Source of the DNA: an uncultured Clostridia bacterium
Lineage (GTDB): Bacteria > Bacillota > DTU014
Assembly (NCBI GenBank): GCA_900016865.1
Contig: FIZI01000016.1
Coordinates: 45,304 to 109,303 of the forward strand
Direction: 5' to 3'
DNA: 64,000 nucleotides
Part shown: positions 39,076 to 48,484 of the stretch, one piece after another
Position numbering within the stretch: the first letter of the stretch is position 1
Layout: each line of letters starts with the position of its first letter
The notes under the pieces: generated by a model
The model's input: only the letters and a program-made list of their open reading frames with translations
Databases searched by the model: none
What the model was told of the DNA's origin: nothing
Made by a program: the position numbers and the translations under genes

Positions 39076-39407
39076 CTTTGCCCACCGCCTCGCTCGTAGA
39101 TCGTAAGGCTGATCACGAACACGACGATCTGAAGGGCAAAGCTGATCGGAAATCCGTAGGCATATGCGCGCTCAAACGAGGAGAAGGCTGCCCAGACGAC
39201 TGATGCGCCGTATACGAGTAAACCAGTGAAAAAGGCGTTAGTTGCAGCTTTCTCCAGGTTTGCAACAAACAACTCATCTGCGACAACATTGGCATACCGG
39301 AAGAACGCAAAAAAGCCGAAGAAGCCCCAGAAACCTGGGTTGTCTACCACAAACCCTAAGATGCCAAGCAGTCCGAGAAACCCGAGAAGCCATACTTTGT
39401 TCTTCAT
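39072..39407 (-). CDS. DUF3796-like small membrane protein
   Basis: LGFLGLLG...FFGFFAF...DELF..N..KA pattern; translationally coupled to the XRE gene. Confidence 0.7.
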   Translation of the reverse strand: MKNKVWLLGFLGLLGILGFVVDNPGFWGFFGFFAFFRYANVVADELFVANLEKAATNAFFTGLLVYGASVVWAAFSSFERAYAYGFPISFALQIVVFVISLTIYERGGGQR

Positions 39408-39437
39408 ATGAGCCCCTCCTGTTAAGTATTTATAACT

Positions 39438-39476
39438 TTATGTGACAAATATATCACATGGCGCTTAGTAGATCAA
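39438..39476 (-). promoter_or_regulatory. SigA promoter with an inverted-repeat operator
   Basis: Minus strand TTGATC-N17-TATATT; ATGTGA-N8-TCACAT inverted repeat over the -10. Confidence 0.55.
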
Positions 39477-39627
39477 TAGTCTCTCGTCTGCCTATCTCAA
39501 GTTGCAGAACGGCCTGCGTTTGACAGCTTGGGGCGGCGCACAGTACAATTGCTGTAGACGCTTAGCCGGGTTTGTACGCTATAGCCCTGTCGGCTATGTT
39601 CAGGAGACTTCTATAGGAGTTGTCTAG

Positions 39628-39996
39628 ATGGCGAGACCACCGAAGACTCGGAGGGTAGGGTTCATTCCAGACATAACTTACTTCAAGCCCGCAGGCGTGC
39701 CGATGAGGCAGCTCGACGAGGTTGTACTCACTGTAGAGGAGCTTGAGGCGATCAGGCTAAAGGACCTTGAGGATCTCGAGCAGGCAGACGCTGCAGAGTT
39801 GATGCAGGTCTCCAGGCCGACATTCCGGAGGATTCTTGTTTCTGCCCGCGCCAAGATTGCCGATGCTCTTACCAGTGGCAAGGCTATCCGGATTGAAGGC
39901 GGAGTGTATAAACTCAGCGAGGAAGCTGCTCGGAGATGCGAGGCACCCGGCCGCGGTATGCGCCGACGACACAGGCACGGCATGCCACCCTATTGA
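39628..39996 (+). CDS. DUF134 family DNA-binding protein
   Basis: MARPPK.RRV...YFKPAG...[10 protein letters not shown]...[15 protein letters not shown]18-TACAAT upstream. Confidence 0.88.
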   Translation: MARPPKTRRVGFIPDITYFKPAGVPMRQLDEVVLTVEELEAIRLKDLEDLEQADAAELMQVSRPTFRRILVSARAKIADALTSGKAIRIEGGVYKLSEEAARRCEAPGRGMRRRHRHGMPPY

Positions 39997-40054
39997 AGGG
40001 TAGGGCCCTGAGACCGATTGGCGTCCGGCTGCGCATCGGGTGCCTGTTGTCTGC

Positions 40055-41752
40055 TTACATCAAGTCGGCAAGCTCGTCTTCTACAAATCTCATCAGTTCG
40101 CCAATCGTTTGCTCTGAAAAATCAAACCTGATGCCTGCCGTTGCATACACCTTCGACAGAGGTGCAGAACTGCCCAGAGCCAAAGCTCGCTTGTAGCCTT
40201 CAACTGCGTTCGCCTTGTCATTCTTGTAGTTCTTGTACAGCTGCAGCGCGCCTATCTGTGCGATCGCGTACTCGATGTAGTAGAAAGGATATGCGAAGAT
40301 GTGCAGCTGGGCTTTCCATCTGTGCATCAGCTCTTCCTCGTATCCGGACCAGTCGACGGGGTGATATGCCAAGGACCGAGCTATGTTTGCAAATTTTTGG
40401 TTGCGTGCATCTGCGTCGGCGGATGAGTTCAGATAGATCCAGTGCTGAAAGCTGTCTACGGTAAGCGCCCATGGCAAGAACTCAATGATTCCTTCAAGTT
40501 GCTCTCTCTGTGCACGCTTCAGGTCGTCAGGATCAGGGTAGAACTCATCCCAAGCAGGCATTGTGAACAGCTCCATGGACATGCTCGCCAGCTCGGCCGA
40601 CTCTGCAGGCACTGATCTGTAGTCGGACGGCTGAAGCGGACTGGTCATTAGGTTGTGCACCGCGTGCCCGGTTTCGTGTAGGATTGTTCTGACACTGTCC
40701 TGTGACTTGGAGCCGTTCATGAAGATGAAGGACGTCTCAGAAACTGGCAGCCTTGAACAGAACCCACCGGGCCTCTTGCCTTTTCGGGTCTCAAGGTCCA
40801 GGCAGCCCCGATCGGACATGTCCTGTAGCAGCTTCCCGAATTGGGGATCGACTCGATTGAGCACTCTCACGGACTTGCTCACCAGTTGATCAAAGGTCTC
40901 AAACGGCCTGAGCGCGCCTTGCCCACTCGGAGTGCCTTTCATGTCCCAAGGCCTGTAAGATTCGACCTGGAGACGCCTCTTGTGCTCTCTTGCAATCTTG
41001 TCGTACAGCGGTACTGCGTGCTTTTCGACTGCGTCACAGAAACGATAGCAATCATCGGGAGTGTACTCAAACCTATTGAGTCTCTTGAACATGTAGTCGC
41101 GGTAGTTTTCAAAACCCGCATTCAGCGCGATCTTATGTCGCAAGCTTACGAGTTGGTCCATTATCCTATCGAGTGCGTCTTTATCCTGGAGCCTGCGGCT
41201 TTGGATGAGTTTCCAGGCACGCTCTCGTTCGTTGCGGTCCGAACTTCGAAGGTATTGGTTCATCTGTTGTAGCGTCTTTTCTTCACCGTTCCAGAGAACC
41301 GTCATTTTGCCCTGCATGATGAAGTACTCATTGACCAGGCCTCTAGTCTCGGTCTCTATAGGGATGTTCTCGTCTCTATGGGTCTCGATCGCCGTCACAG
41401 TGCGCTTCACCAGCTCAGAGTAGAAATCCGATAAGCTGTCCCTGTAGGGGCTGTTGTAAAGGCGTTCTTTAAGTTTCGCACTGTACTTCGTAGCTAGCGG
41501 GATGAGTTGCTTTTGGTCGAACTCACGACGTTTCTTGGCTTCCTCGTCTTCGGTATCGCATGAGAAAGCGATGTTGTTGCGGCTTACCCATTCGGCCATG
41601 GCGTCCGAGAATCTACCGCACTCAATCAGCCAAGTGACGAGAGCGTCCACACTGTCGATTTCGTAGCTCATGAGGTAGTCCAGGTGTTTTTCAACTCGGT
41701 CTAAGTCGTCAAAGGAGATGCTGACTGGGTCCTTGAGGTTCACAGGCTTCAC
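40055..41752 (-). CDS. M3 family oligoendopeptidase (PepF-like)
   Basis: GKRPGGFC, HETGH zinc motif, ELASMSMEL, PFYYIEY. Confidence 0.9.
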   Translation of the reverse strand: MKPVNLKDPVSISFDDLDRVEKHLDYLMSYEIDSVDALVTWLIECGRFSDAMAEWVSRNNIAFSCDTEDEEAKKRREFDQKQLIPLATKYSAKLKERLYNSPYRDSLSDFYSELVKRTVTAIETHRDENIPIETETRGLVNEYFIMQGKMTVLWNGEEKTLQQMNQYLRSSDRNERERAWKLIQSRRLQDKDALDRIMDQLVSLRHKIALNAGFENYRDYMFKRLNRFEYTPDDCYRFCDAVEKHAVPLYDKIAREHKRRLQVESYRPWDMKGTPSGQGALRPFETFDQLVSKSVRVLNRVDPQFGKLLQDMSDRGCLDLETRKGKRPGGFCSRLPVSETSFIFMNGSKSQDSVRTILHETGHAVHNLMTSPLQPSDYRSVPAESAELASMSMELFTMPAWDEFYPDPDDLKRAQREQLEGIIEFLPWALTVDSFQHWIYLNSSADADARNQKFANIARSLAYHPVDWSGYEEELMHRWKAQLHIFAYPFYYIEYAIAQIGALQLYKNYKNDKANAVEGYKRALALGSSAPLSKVYATAGIRFDFSEQTIGELMRFVEDELADLM

Positions 41753-41968
41753 CTTGCCTTCCTTCGGTCGGTAAGTATTAGGAATACGACTGGTGACATT
41801 CAGAGTCTACGACGTGTAGGTGCAAAAACCCTCTGTCAAGGGCCATGCCTGTATGGGCATTAACACCTTTGTTTGGTATATCATAGGATAGTGGACTAGC
41901 CCAATGCGTTTTGTTACAGTGAACATGAGGGGCGGAGCAAGTGCTATCTCTGGCGTGTTTGGGGGTGG

Positions 41969-42610
41969 ATGTCTGTGGATGCGGTAAGAATGGTGCAGGA
42001 GCAGCTTGTGCCTCGCGGCATAACAGACCTCAGGGTCCTGACAGCAATGGCTGCAGTGAAGAGAGAACGCTTTGTGCCAAAGGAACTGCAGTCCGATTCC
42101 TACTACGACGGCCCGTTGCCCATTGGGCATGGCCAGACCATATCTCAGCCGTACATAGTAGCGCTCATGACTCAGCTCTTGGAGACCGAACCCAATCAGA
42201 CAGTCCTTGAGATCGGCACCGGTTCTGGATATCAGGCTGCTGTGCTGTCCCTCCTGGTGAAGCACGTGTACACAGTAGAAATCGTCCAGGAGCTGGCTGA
42301 CAGAGCACGCTCAGTCCTGGAACAGGAGGGCTACAGGAACGTTTCCGTTTATTGCGGTGACGGTTCGTATGGGCTGCCCGAACACGCTCCGTACGACAGA
42401 ATAATCGTCACTGCGGCTGCCGCAAAGGTACCTCGCCCTCTTGAACTGCAGCTTCGTGATGAGGGCACTATGGTAATCCCCATCGGTCCGATGCATGGAT
42501 TCCAGGTGCTTAGGCAGGTGAGAAAACGCGGCGACAAGCTTGAGTGGACTGACCACGACTATGTGCGCTTTGTCCCGTTCACCGGCAGCGCGTTCTCAGA
42601 ACCTGATTGA
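41969..42610 (+). CDS. pcm: Protein-L-isoaspartate O-methyltransferase
   Basis: GQTISQP, LEIGTGSGYQAA, APYDRIIVTAA, VRFVP. Confidence 0.95.
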   Translation: MSVDAVRMVQEQLVPRGITDLRVLTAMAAVKRERFVPKELQSDSYYDGPLPIGHGQTISQPYIVALMTQLLETEPNQTVLEIGTGSGYQAAVLSLLVKHVYTVEIVQELADRARSVLEQEGYRNVSVYCGDGSYGLPEHAPYDRIIVTAAAAKVPRPLELQLRDEGTMVIPIGPMHGFQVLRQVRKRGDKLEWTDHDYVRFVPFTGSAFSEPD

Positions 42611-42766
42611 GCGCCTGCTCTTGCGAGTGTCCGGCCGAGAGCGTTTACGTTGAACGTGAATGCTTACCAGCCTTGCTGATTTTGCACTGATTTTGCCTTG
42701 AGCACATAGAATGAAATGCCCGCTCCACCCGATTTGCTATAGTTCGGGCGTTCACTACTCTGACTA

Positions 42767-43189
42767 GTGCTGAGCAGGAAGGTGAAGTCAGTGACCATTG
42801 ACGAGGCTGTACGCAAGTATGTAGGAATACCCTACAAGCACAACGGCCGCGATCTAGACGGGCTTGATTGCCTCGGACTGATATGGAGGTTTTACAAGGA
42901 TGTCGGAATAGACGTACCTGACTCTGATGGAAAACCGATAGCTGTAGACTGGTACAGGGATGACCCTGATCGCTATATCCGAGGATTGCTAAAGGTAGGC
43001 AAGCCGGTCGAAGGTCCGCCCAAGCCTCTCGACCTTGTCTATTTTCAGCTAGACGGAATCGTCCGCCACGCGGGGATAGTAGTGTCACCGGGTGTGTTTA
43101 TTCATGTCAGAGAGAACCGTCCAGTGATGCTGAGCCGGCTTAGCGGGCCTTGGCGCCGCGCATATGTCGGGGCGAGGCGGTTTGTCTGA
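42767..43189 (+). CDS. NlpC/P60 (C40) family peptidase
   Basis: YVGIPY..GR...GLDCLGL, HAGI, FIH. Confidence 0.85.
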   Translation: MLSRKVKSVTIDEAVRKYVGIPYKHNGRDLDGLDCLGLIWRFYKDVGIDVPDSDGKPIAVDWYRDDPDRYIRGLLKVGKPVEGPPKPLDLVYFQLDGIVRHAGIVVSPGVFIHVRENRPVMLSRLSGPWRRAYVGARRFV

Positions 43190-43263
43190 TTAGGGGAAGT
43201 CTCTTTGGTTATAGGCACGGTGATGTCCAGTGCAATTTGGACACTTCATACTAGCAATTCTTG

Positions 43264-43430
43264 TTGACGCATTCACAGTCTATGGTATAATGAAAGCGAT
43301 GTCTCGATACCCAGGGTCGCCAGGGAAGCACTTGAAGCTAGCATCTGGCCTCATTGCCTCCTTATTGTAGCCCTGTGGTGGACGGCACAATTCCGGTCCG
43401 TTAGGGCTGCAAGGTTCAGGAGGTTCATTA
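43264..43430 (+). promoter_or_regulatory. SigA promoter and structured 5' UTR that sequesters the RBS
   Basis: TTGACG-N16-TATAAT; CCTCCT(43357-62) pairs with AGGAGG(43418-23); 43365-75 pairs with 43402-12. Confidence 0.6.
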
Positions 43431-43727
43431 ATGTACGAAGACAAGGTATTGGTCTGTAAGGAGTGCGGCGAGGAGTTTGTCTTTACCGCCGGCGAGCAGG
43501 AGTTCTACGCAGAAAAGGGGTTTGAGAACGAGCCGGGGCGTTGCCCAGCGTGCAGAGCTGCACGTAAGCAGCGTAGAGGTGCTGAGATGGGCGAGAGGCA
43601 GATGTACGACGCCGTGTGTGCAGATTGCGGAGCGGAGTGTCAGGTACCGTTCAGACCGAGCGGAGACAGGCCGGTCTACTGTAGGGAGTGTTTCCAGGCG
43701 AGAAGGGCAAATGCTATCAACTGGTAA
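43431..43727 (+). CDS. Zinc-ribbon / CxxC-x17-CxxC domain protein
   Basis: CKECG..F.F...EQ.FY..KGF.N.P.RC..CR followed by CADCG..C.VPF.P...RPVYCREC. Confidence 0.9.
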   Translation: MYEDKVLVCKECGEEFVFTAGEQEFYAEKGFENEPGRCPACRAARKQRRGAEMGERQMYDAVCADCGAECQVPFRPSGDRPVYCRECFQARRANAINW

Positions 43728-43754
43728 TTGATAGCACAAGATGTTGAACGCTAC

Positions 43755-43787
43755 AGCGGGGCGACAGGTTCAGTCGCCTCGCTTTTT
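43755..43787 (+). terminator. Intrinsic terminator
   Basis: AGCGGGGCGAC...GTCGCCTCGC-TTTTT. Confidence 0.8.
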
Positions 43788-43950
43788 CGTACTGGCGGTG
43801 TTTTGCGCATCATTACAGAGCATCTGGACACCTGTGCCCTTCTTGCAGACAATCTAGAGCTGAGTTATATGCAGTGAGCCACAGGTCTTGGAGGATAACA
43901 GCCTGTCCTGTAGAAGAAAACTTAGGTAGTAACTGGAGGTCTGCCTAGGC

Positions 43951-44988
43951 ATGGGAAGAGGCTTTGCCAAACTCCTCAAAAAAGCTCGGCGCAATCGCAT
44001 AACCATCATTGCTGTGAACTCATCAGGCGGATCTACACGCAGCGTGACACTGCCTGTGTTGGCTGCTGCTGTTGTTATTCTGGTGAGTGTGGGACTCTTC
44101 GCGTCTATGATTGGATCCTACGCGGTTATGCGGTCGTCGCTGATCCAGTCGACTGCTTCGCATGAGATCAAAGATACCAGGATTGAGCGCTTAGTGTCTG
44201 AGAACACCGAGCTCAGAATGATCGTAAGCGCTCAGCAGCTGCAGCTCGAGTTCCAGGAAGATCAGATCCACGCCATGGCGCAGAAGGTGCAGTCTATAAC
44301 GGATCTTGGCCAAGAGATCATCGATACTCTCGGAAGTGAGATCGAACTGCCGTCCAACGTTGAGCTTACGATCGAGGGGCTGTCGTCAGGGTTTCGCAGT
44401 GACGCAGTGGTGTCTATTATGGGAGCAGGCGGAGTTGATCGGGCTGCGCCGCCTCGTTTACTAGCCGACACACTTAGGACGTTCAAGGTCTCAAGTGTGA
44501 CGAGTTCAATTATTGCAGCACTGGATGAGAAGCTCGCCAGTGATCTGGAGGTTTTTAAGTCACTGAGAGACGAGTCAGTCAGTTATGTCCATAGACTGCG
44601 CCACACTCCCATGGGGTGGCCGGTAGTTGGGCCGGTCTCCTCTCGCTATGGCTGGAGGGCGCATCCTGTCTACAAAGACACCCGATTTCACAACGGGATA
44701 GACATAGCCGTATCAGTTGGAACTCCTGTGAAAGCAACTGCAGATGGGGTAGTGATATTGTCAGGCACAAGCGGAGGGTACGGATTGACCGTCATCATTG
44801 ACCACGGGTACGGAGTGCAGACTCTCTATGCGCACAACTCCAGGCTGCTCGTTAAGGCCGGTGAAGTGGTGACAAGAGGGCAAGTGATATCCTACTCCGG
44901 GAACACAGGCGTCTCAACTGGGCCTCATCTTCACTATGAGGTCAGGGTTGGCGGCAAGGCCGTTGATCCTTCGATTTATATGGACTAA
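43951..44988 (+). CDS. M23 family peptidase with N-terminal TM and coiled coil
   Basis: HNGID, YAH, STGPHLHYE. Confidence 0.9.
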   Translation: MGRGFAKLLKKARRNRITIIAVNSSGGSTRSVTLPVLAAAVVILVSVGLFASMIGSYAVMRSSLIQSTASHEIKDTRIERLVSENTELRMIVSAQQLQLEFQEDQIHAMAQKVQSITDLGQEIIDTLGSEIELPSNVELTIEGLSSGFRSDAVVSIMGAGGVDRAAPPRLLADTLRTFKVSSVTSSIIAALDEKLASDLEVFKSLRDESVSYVHRLRHTPMGWPVVGPVSSRYGWRAHPVYKDTRFHNGIDIAVSVGTPVKATADGVVILSGTSGGYGLTVIIDHGYGVQTLYAHNSRLLVKAGEVVTRGQVISYSGNTGVSTGPHLHYEVRVGGKAVDPSIYMD

Positions 44989-45081
44989 ATGCTCACTCTG
45001 AAGTCTGCCTTGTCAGCGCCTATGATAGAAGTGGACCGTTATGGTGAGCGTGAAGCTCCAGCTGTGTTGGGAGGGTAAGCC

Positions 45082-45519
45082 ATGTTTGGTAGAAAGGCCT
45101 TGTCCGGCCATCAGAACCGTCGTATCACTACTATAATCGGCGATGATACACAGATTAGTGGTTCTATAACCTCCTCCGGAGTAGTGCGTATCGACGGGCG
45201 GTTTGAAGGAGACATACATACAGAGACCGACGTCGTTGTAGGAGAGAGAGGTTATCTAAAGGCAAGAGTGGAAGCAGCAGGGATGTCTGTGGCTGGCGAA
45301 GTGCATGGTGACCTGCACCTAAGCGGCAGACTCGAGATACTGGCTACAGGCAAGGTCTTTGGAGAAATACGCGTTTCTGCACTGGCAATCGAAGAAGGAG
45401 GAGTGTTTAAGGGCAAGTGCGACATGGGCAAACCCGACGGCGAGAATGATGAGCCAGTCTATCGCCAAATCGAAGTTGGCACTGACGACCAGGTAACGCT
45501 CAACGACACTGCCGAGTAG
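45082..45519 (+). CDS. Bactofilin (polymer-forming cytoskeletal protein)
   Basis: TIIG...ISG...VRIDGRFEG...L.IEEGGVFKG.C beta-helix repeats. Confidence 0.9.
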   Translation: MFGRKALSGHQNRRITTIIGDDTQISGSITSSGVVRIDGRFEGDIHTETDVVVGERGYLKARVEAAGMSVAGEVHGDLHLSGRLEILATGKVFGEIRVSALAIEEGGVFKGKCDMGKPDGENDEPVYRQIEVGTDDQVTLNDTAE

Positions 45520-45574
45520 AGGTGCCCGTTTGTACCCGTAGACACTCCCGAACCACAACGGCGCCGTGTCCCGG

Positions 45575-45603
45575 TTGACATCAGAGTGGGTATGTGGTAT
45601 TCT
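45575..45603 (+). promoter_or_regulatory. SigA promoter of tRNA-Arg(CCT)
   Basis: TTGACA-N17-TATTCT with TG extension. Confidence 0.7.
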
Positions 45604-45666
45604 TACTCTTGCCGATCAAGCACATTGATTTAGTCGCTTGTTTGGTGCTTGGTAGATCGTGTTTTT

Positions 45667-45742
45667 GGCCCTGTAGCTCAGGGGATAGAGCAGCGGTTTC
45701 CTAAACCGCGTGTCGGGCGTTCGAGTCGCTCCAGGGCCGCCA
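45667..45742 (+). tRNA. tRNA-Arg(CCT)
   Basis: GGCCCTG/CAGGGCC, GCGGT-TTCCTAA-ACCGC, GTTCGAGTC, CCA. Confidence 0.96.
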
Positions 45743-45782
45743 CAATCATGACAACAGCGAGAATAGAGAGTATGATAGAGCA

Positions 45783-45820
45783 CCCCGGAAACAAACGTGC
45801 GTGGTTTCCGGGGTTTTTCT
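45783..45820 (+). terminator. Intrinsic terminator
   Basis: CCCCGGAAAC...GTTTCCGGGG-TTTTT. Confidence 0.75.
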
Positions 45821-45951
45821 TTGTCTTGGAGGTTCTTCGCCTCGCTGTCAGCTCGCTTTGGCTGCAAAATCACTCGGTGCGGGTGATTGAGATAAGTGGC
45901 ACATGTACCCTAAAATATGGATGGAGGGTTTCGTATCTAGGGGGGAGGATC

Positions 45952-46188
45952 ATGGCAGGGTTCTGGGACAGCGAGTCGATCCTCGCTGATATCGCCAAGG
46001 GACGCGAGAGGATTCGCGTTCGAGAGGTGAGGCGGCGCAATGCCACGATGATCGACATTAGGGTGTTTTGGCAGGATAGGAACAACCAATGGCAGCCTAG
46101 CAAGCGGGGGCTGTCGATACCGCTCGAGAGCGTAGGTGCGCTGGCAGACGTCCTTGGGAAAGTGTCTGCGAACGCACCTGCGAGCTAG
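45952..46188 (+). CDS. PC4/YdbC-like single-stranded DNA-binding protein
   Basis: IDIRVFW......PSKRGLSI motif; ATG after GGGGGAGG. Confidence 0.8.
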   Translation: MAGFWDSESILADIAKGRERIRVREVRRRNATMIDIRVFWQDRNNQWQPSKRGLSIPLESVGALADVLGKVSANAPAS

Positions 46189-46203
46189 CTTTGACTATAG
46201 CTG

Positions 46204-47199
46204 TCATCCTCTGCCGAACTGGACGGCAGTGTACGCAATATAGGCGGCGAGGAAGACGATTCCTTGCCATCTGGTGAGTTTGCGGCCAATAGATGCGAAG
46301 AGGGTCAGGGCTGCAATCAGTGCGAGCATCACAGGGAAGTCGAGCAGTAGCGATGAACCTGCGATAGGCACTCGGTTTACTAATGAGGAAAATCCAAGCA
46401 CTGCAGTCATGTTTAGAAAGTTAGCACCAACGACGTTGCCTGCGGACAGGGATTGGTGACCTTTGGCCAGGGCAGTTATGGCAGTCGCCAGCTCAGGCAT
46501 TGAGGTTCCGATAGCCACGATCGTCAACCCTATGACTATCTCCGGGACTCCGAGCATCTCGGCGATTGTCGTAGCGGCAGACACAGTGAATCTGCTGCCT
46601 ATGGCTACTGCCAATGCGCCTGCTATGAATTGAAGCACTTGGCCGGGTGTAGTGGAGGGGAAGATATGCCCCGGCTTGTCACTAGATGAGCTAGGAGGGG
46701 CTGCATCCTGTGCTTCTTGTGCACTCGTATCCTGCTCATCGGTGACTGAGCGCTGCGACCTCACTAAGTATATGATGTACGCGGCCAGACCGGCGAGTAG
46801 TATCACGCCGTCGATCCTCTCCAGGTCTCCGTCGATCGAGAGCACTGTAGCTAGCACAGCAGCTGCGAGCATTATCAAGGCCCGTGTGCTAAACAGCTTG
46901 CCTTCTATCTCTAGAGGCCTGATCGCTATGCTCAGGCCGAGGATTACTGCGATGTTAAATATGCATGAGCCCACTGCATTGCCAAGAGCGACATCGGGGT
47001 AGCCGGTGAATGATGAAAAGGTGCTAACTGCCAGCTCTGGCAGAGTAGTACCCACACTGACGATGGTCGCACCAACTAAGACCTCGGGCATACCGGTCTT
47101 TTTGGCCATCCAAACTGCCGCTTCGACAAACCAGTCGGCACCTTTGATCACGAGGACGAGGCCTACGATAAACATCAAATAGGCCGTTGGATTACTCAT
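46204..47199 (-). CDS. Calcium/sodium antiporter (YrbG-like)
   Basis: Alpha repeats GTTLPEL...GNAVGS and GTSMPEL...GNVVGAN. Confidence 0.92.
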   Translation of the reverse strand: MSNPTAYLMFIVGLVLVIKGADWFVEAAVWMAKKTGMPEVLVGATIVSVGTTLPELAVSTFSSFTGYPDVALGNAVGSCIFNIAVILGLSIAIRPLEIEGKLFSTRALIMLAAAVLATVLSIDGDLERIDGVILLAGLAAYIIYLVRSQRSVTDEQDTSAQEAQDAAPPSSSSDKPGHIFPSTTPGQVLQFIAGALAVAIGSRFTVSAATTIAEMLGVPEIVIGLTIVAIGTSMPELATAITALAKGHQSLSAGNVVGANFLNMTAVLGFSSLVNRVPIAGSSLLLDFPVMLALIAALTLFASIGRKLTRWQGIVFLAAYIAYTAVQFGRG

Positions 47200-47495
47200 C
47201 GTGCATCTCTCCTATCGTTCTTGCCTTCTTGTAGTGCTCCAGAGCTGCAGAGTCTTCGCGGCAAGCAAAAAGACCTCTGCCAGCGGATGAGCAACTGGCA
47301 AAGGTCTCGCAGACCAAGAGCAGGTATCAGCTCCGAGCCCTCAAGGAGCCGTGATGACGGACACTGATGCAACCGTAGTTGCCTGCTACTCCCCTTTGCA
47401 AGATCAGGCGTTTCCAGGATAGGTTTTTCTCCATCGCCTGTGTCTACTCCTTCCGTACTCCTATGATTCCACCAACTAGTCTCGGTTTGCATCTC

Positions 47496-48239
47496 TCACA
47501 TTGTTGTCGCGCCCTGTGCACTTGGTTCTTGAGCAGAGGAAGTGGTAGTGAAGTAGTTGATCACGCCACGCGCCAGGGCTTCTGCTAGACGATAACGAAA
47601 AGCTTCGTCCTTCATCCTAGCCTTATCCGTGGGGTTGGACAGAAAACCTACCTCAACCAGTATCGTGGGCACCTGGGTCGCGTTGAGGACCAGCAGGTTT
47701 GACCGCGGCACGGGCTTTGAGTGGTTGAGGTCTGTAACAAGCGCAAGCTGGGAGATGATTTCGTCAGCCAGGGCTCTACCGGGATCTGACCCGGCTGCGT
47801 AGAGAACCATGGCTCCCTTTTGGTTTGGGTCGGAGCTAGAATTGACGTGGATACTTATGCCGATTTTTCCTTTGTTGGTCATACGCGCTCTCTGGTTGAG
47901 GTCAGCTAGGTGCCTGCCAGGTCTCAGCTGGCTCCATCCACTGCAATCCGTGTCAGTGCTGCGGGTCAGCCCAACCGAAATCCCATATCGAACAAGCATA
48001 TCTCGCACTTGCAGCGCGATCTGAAGCGTGATGTCCTTCTCCATAGTGTCGTGGTCATTGGCGCCTGGGTCCACTCCGCCGTGACCGGGATCAATTACTA
48101 CATCTACAGGAGTCCGAAGAATATGCCAACTCAAGACTGTCATTAGGCTGACTGTCTTTGGCAGGATTAGCAGGAGAGTCAATAGCAGTAATGAAAGGAT
48201 GGCTAGGCGTCTGCGGATGACCACTACCACTAAGCGCAC
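47496..48239 (-). CDS. N-acetylmuramoyl-L-alanine amidase (Amidase_3, CwlD-like)
   Basis: IDPGHGG.D.G, EKDITL, SIHVN, LVEVGFLSN; N-terminal TM; GTG start after GAGGGGTG. Confidence 0.85.
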   Translation of the reverse strand: MRLVVVVIRRRLAILSLLLLTLLLILPKTVSLMTVLSWHILRTPVDVVIDPGHGGVDPGANDHDTMEKDITLQIALQVRDMLVRYGISVGLTRSTDTDCSGWSQLRPGRHLADLNQRARMTNKGKIGISIHVNSSSDPNQKGAMVLYAAGSDPGRALADEIISQLALVTDLNHSKPVPRSNLLVLNATQVPTILVEVGFLSNPTDKARMKDEAFRYRLAEALARGVINYFTTTSSAQEPSAQGATTM

Positions 48240-48484
48240 AGGGTTCACCCCTCGGGTGATAGATCTCCTCGGCCAATATGTATTCCTTGCCGGGTACGTC
48301 CAATGCTGTTGGTCAACTGAACGGAAGCCGGATCTAATGGAAGCACATAGCTCGGTCATGAAAGGGCGCGATCTTGTGGGAAAGATCGTATCAGACAGAT
48401 CTGCCGTATTGATCAGTGCATATCGGCTGTGGTAGCCTATTGACGGCGACAGTCACCCTGCAGTGACGTCGGAGGTGCCTACAC

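Noticed and set aside
42767..43189. Prophage
   Set aside because: No other phage genes nearby; the flanks are housekeeping genes.
45649..45951. N-terminal 101 codons of ORF 45649-46188
   Set aside because: They run through tRNA-Arg(CCT) and its terminator; the real start is ATG 45952 with an RBS.
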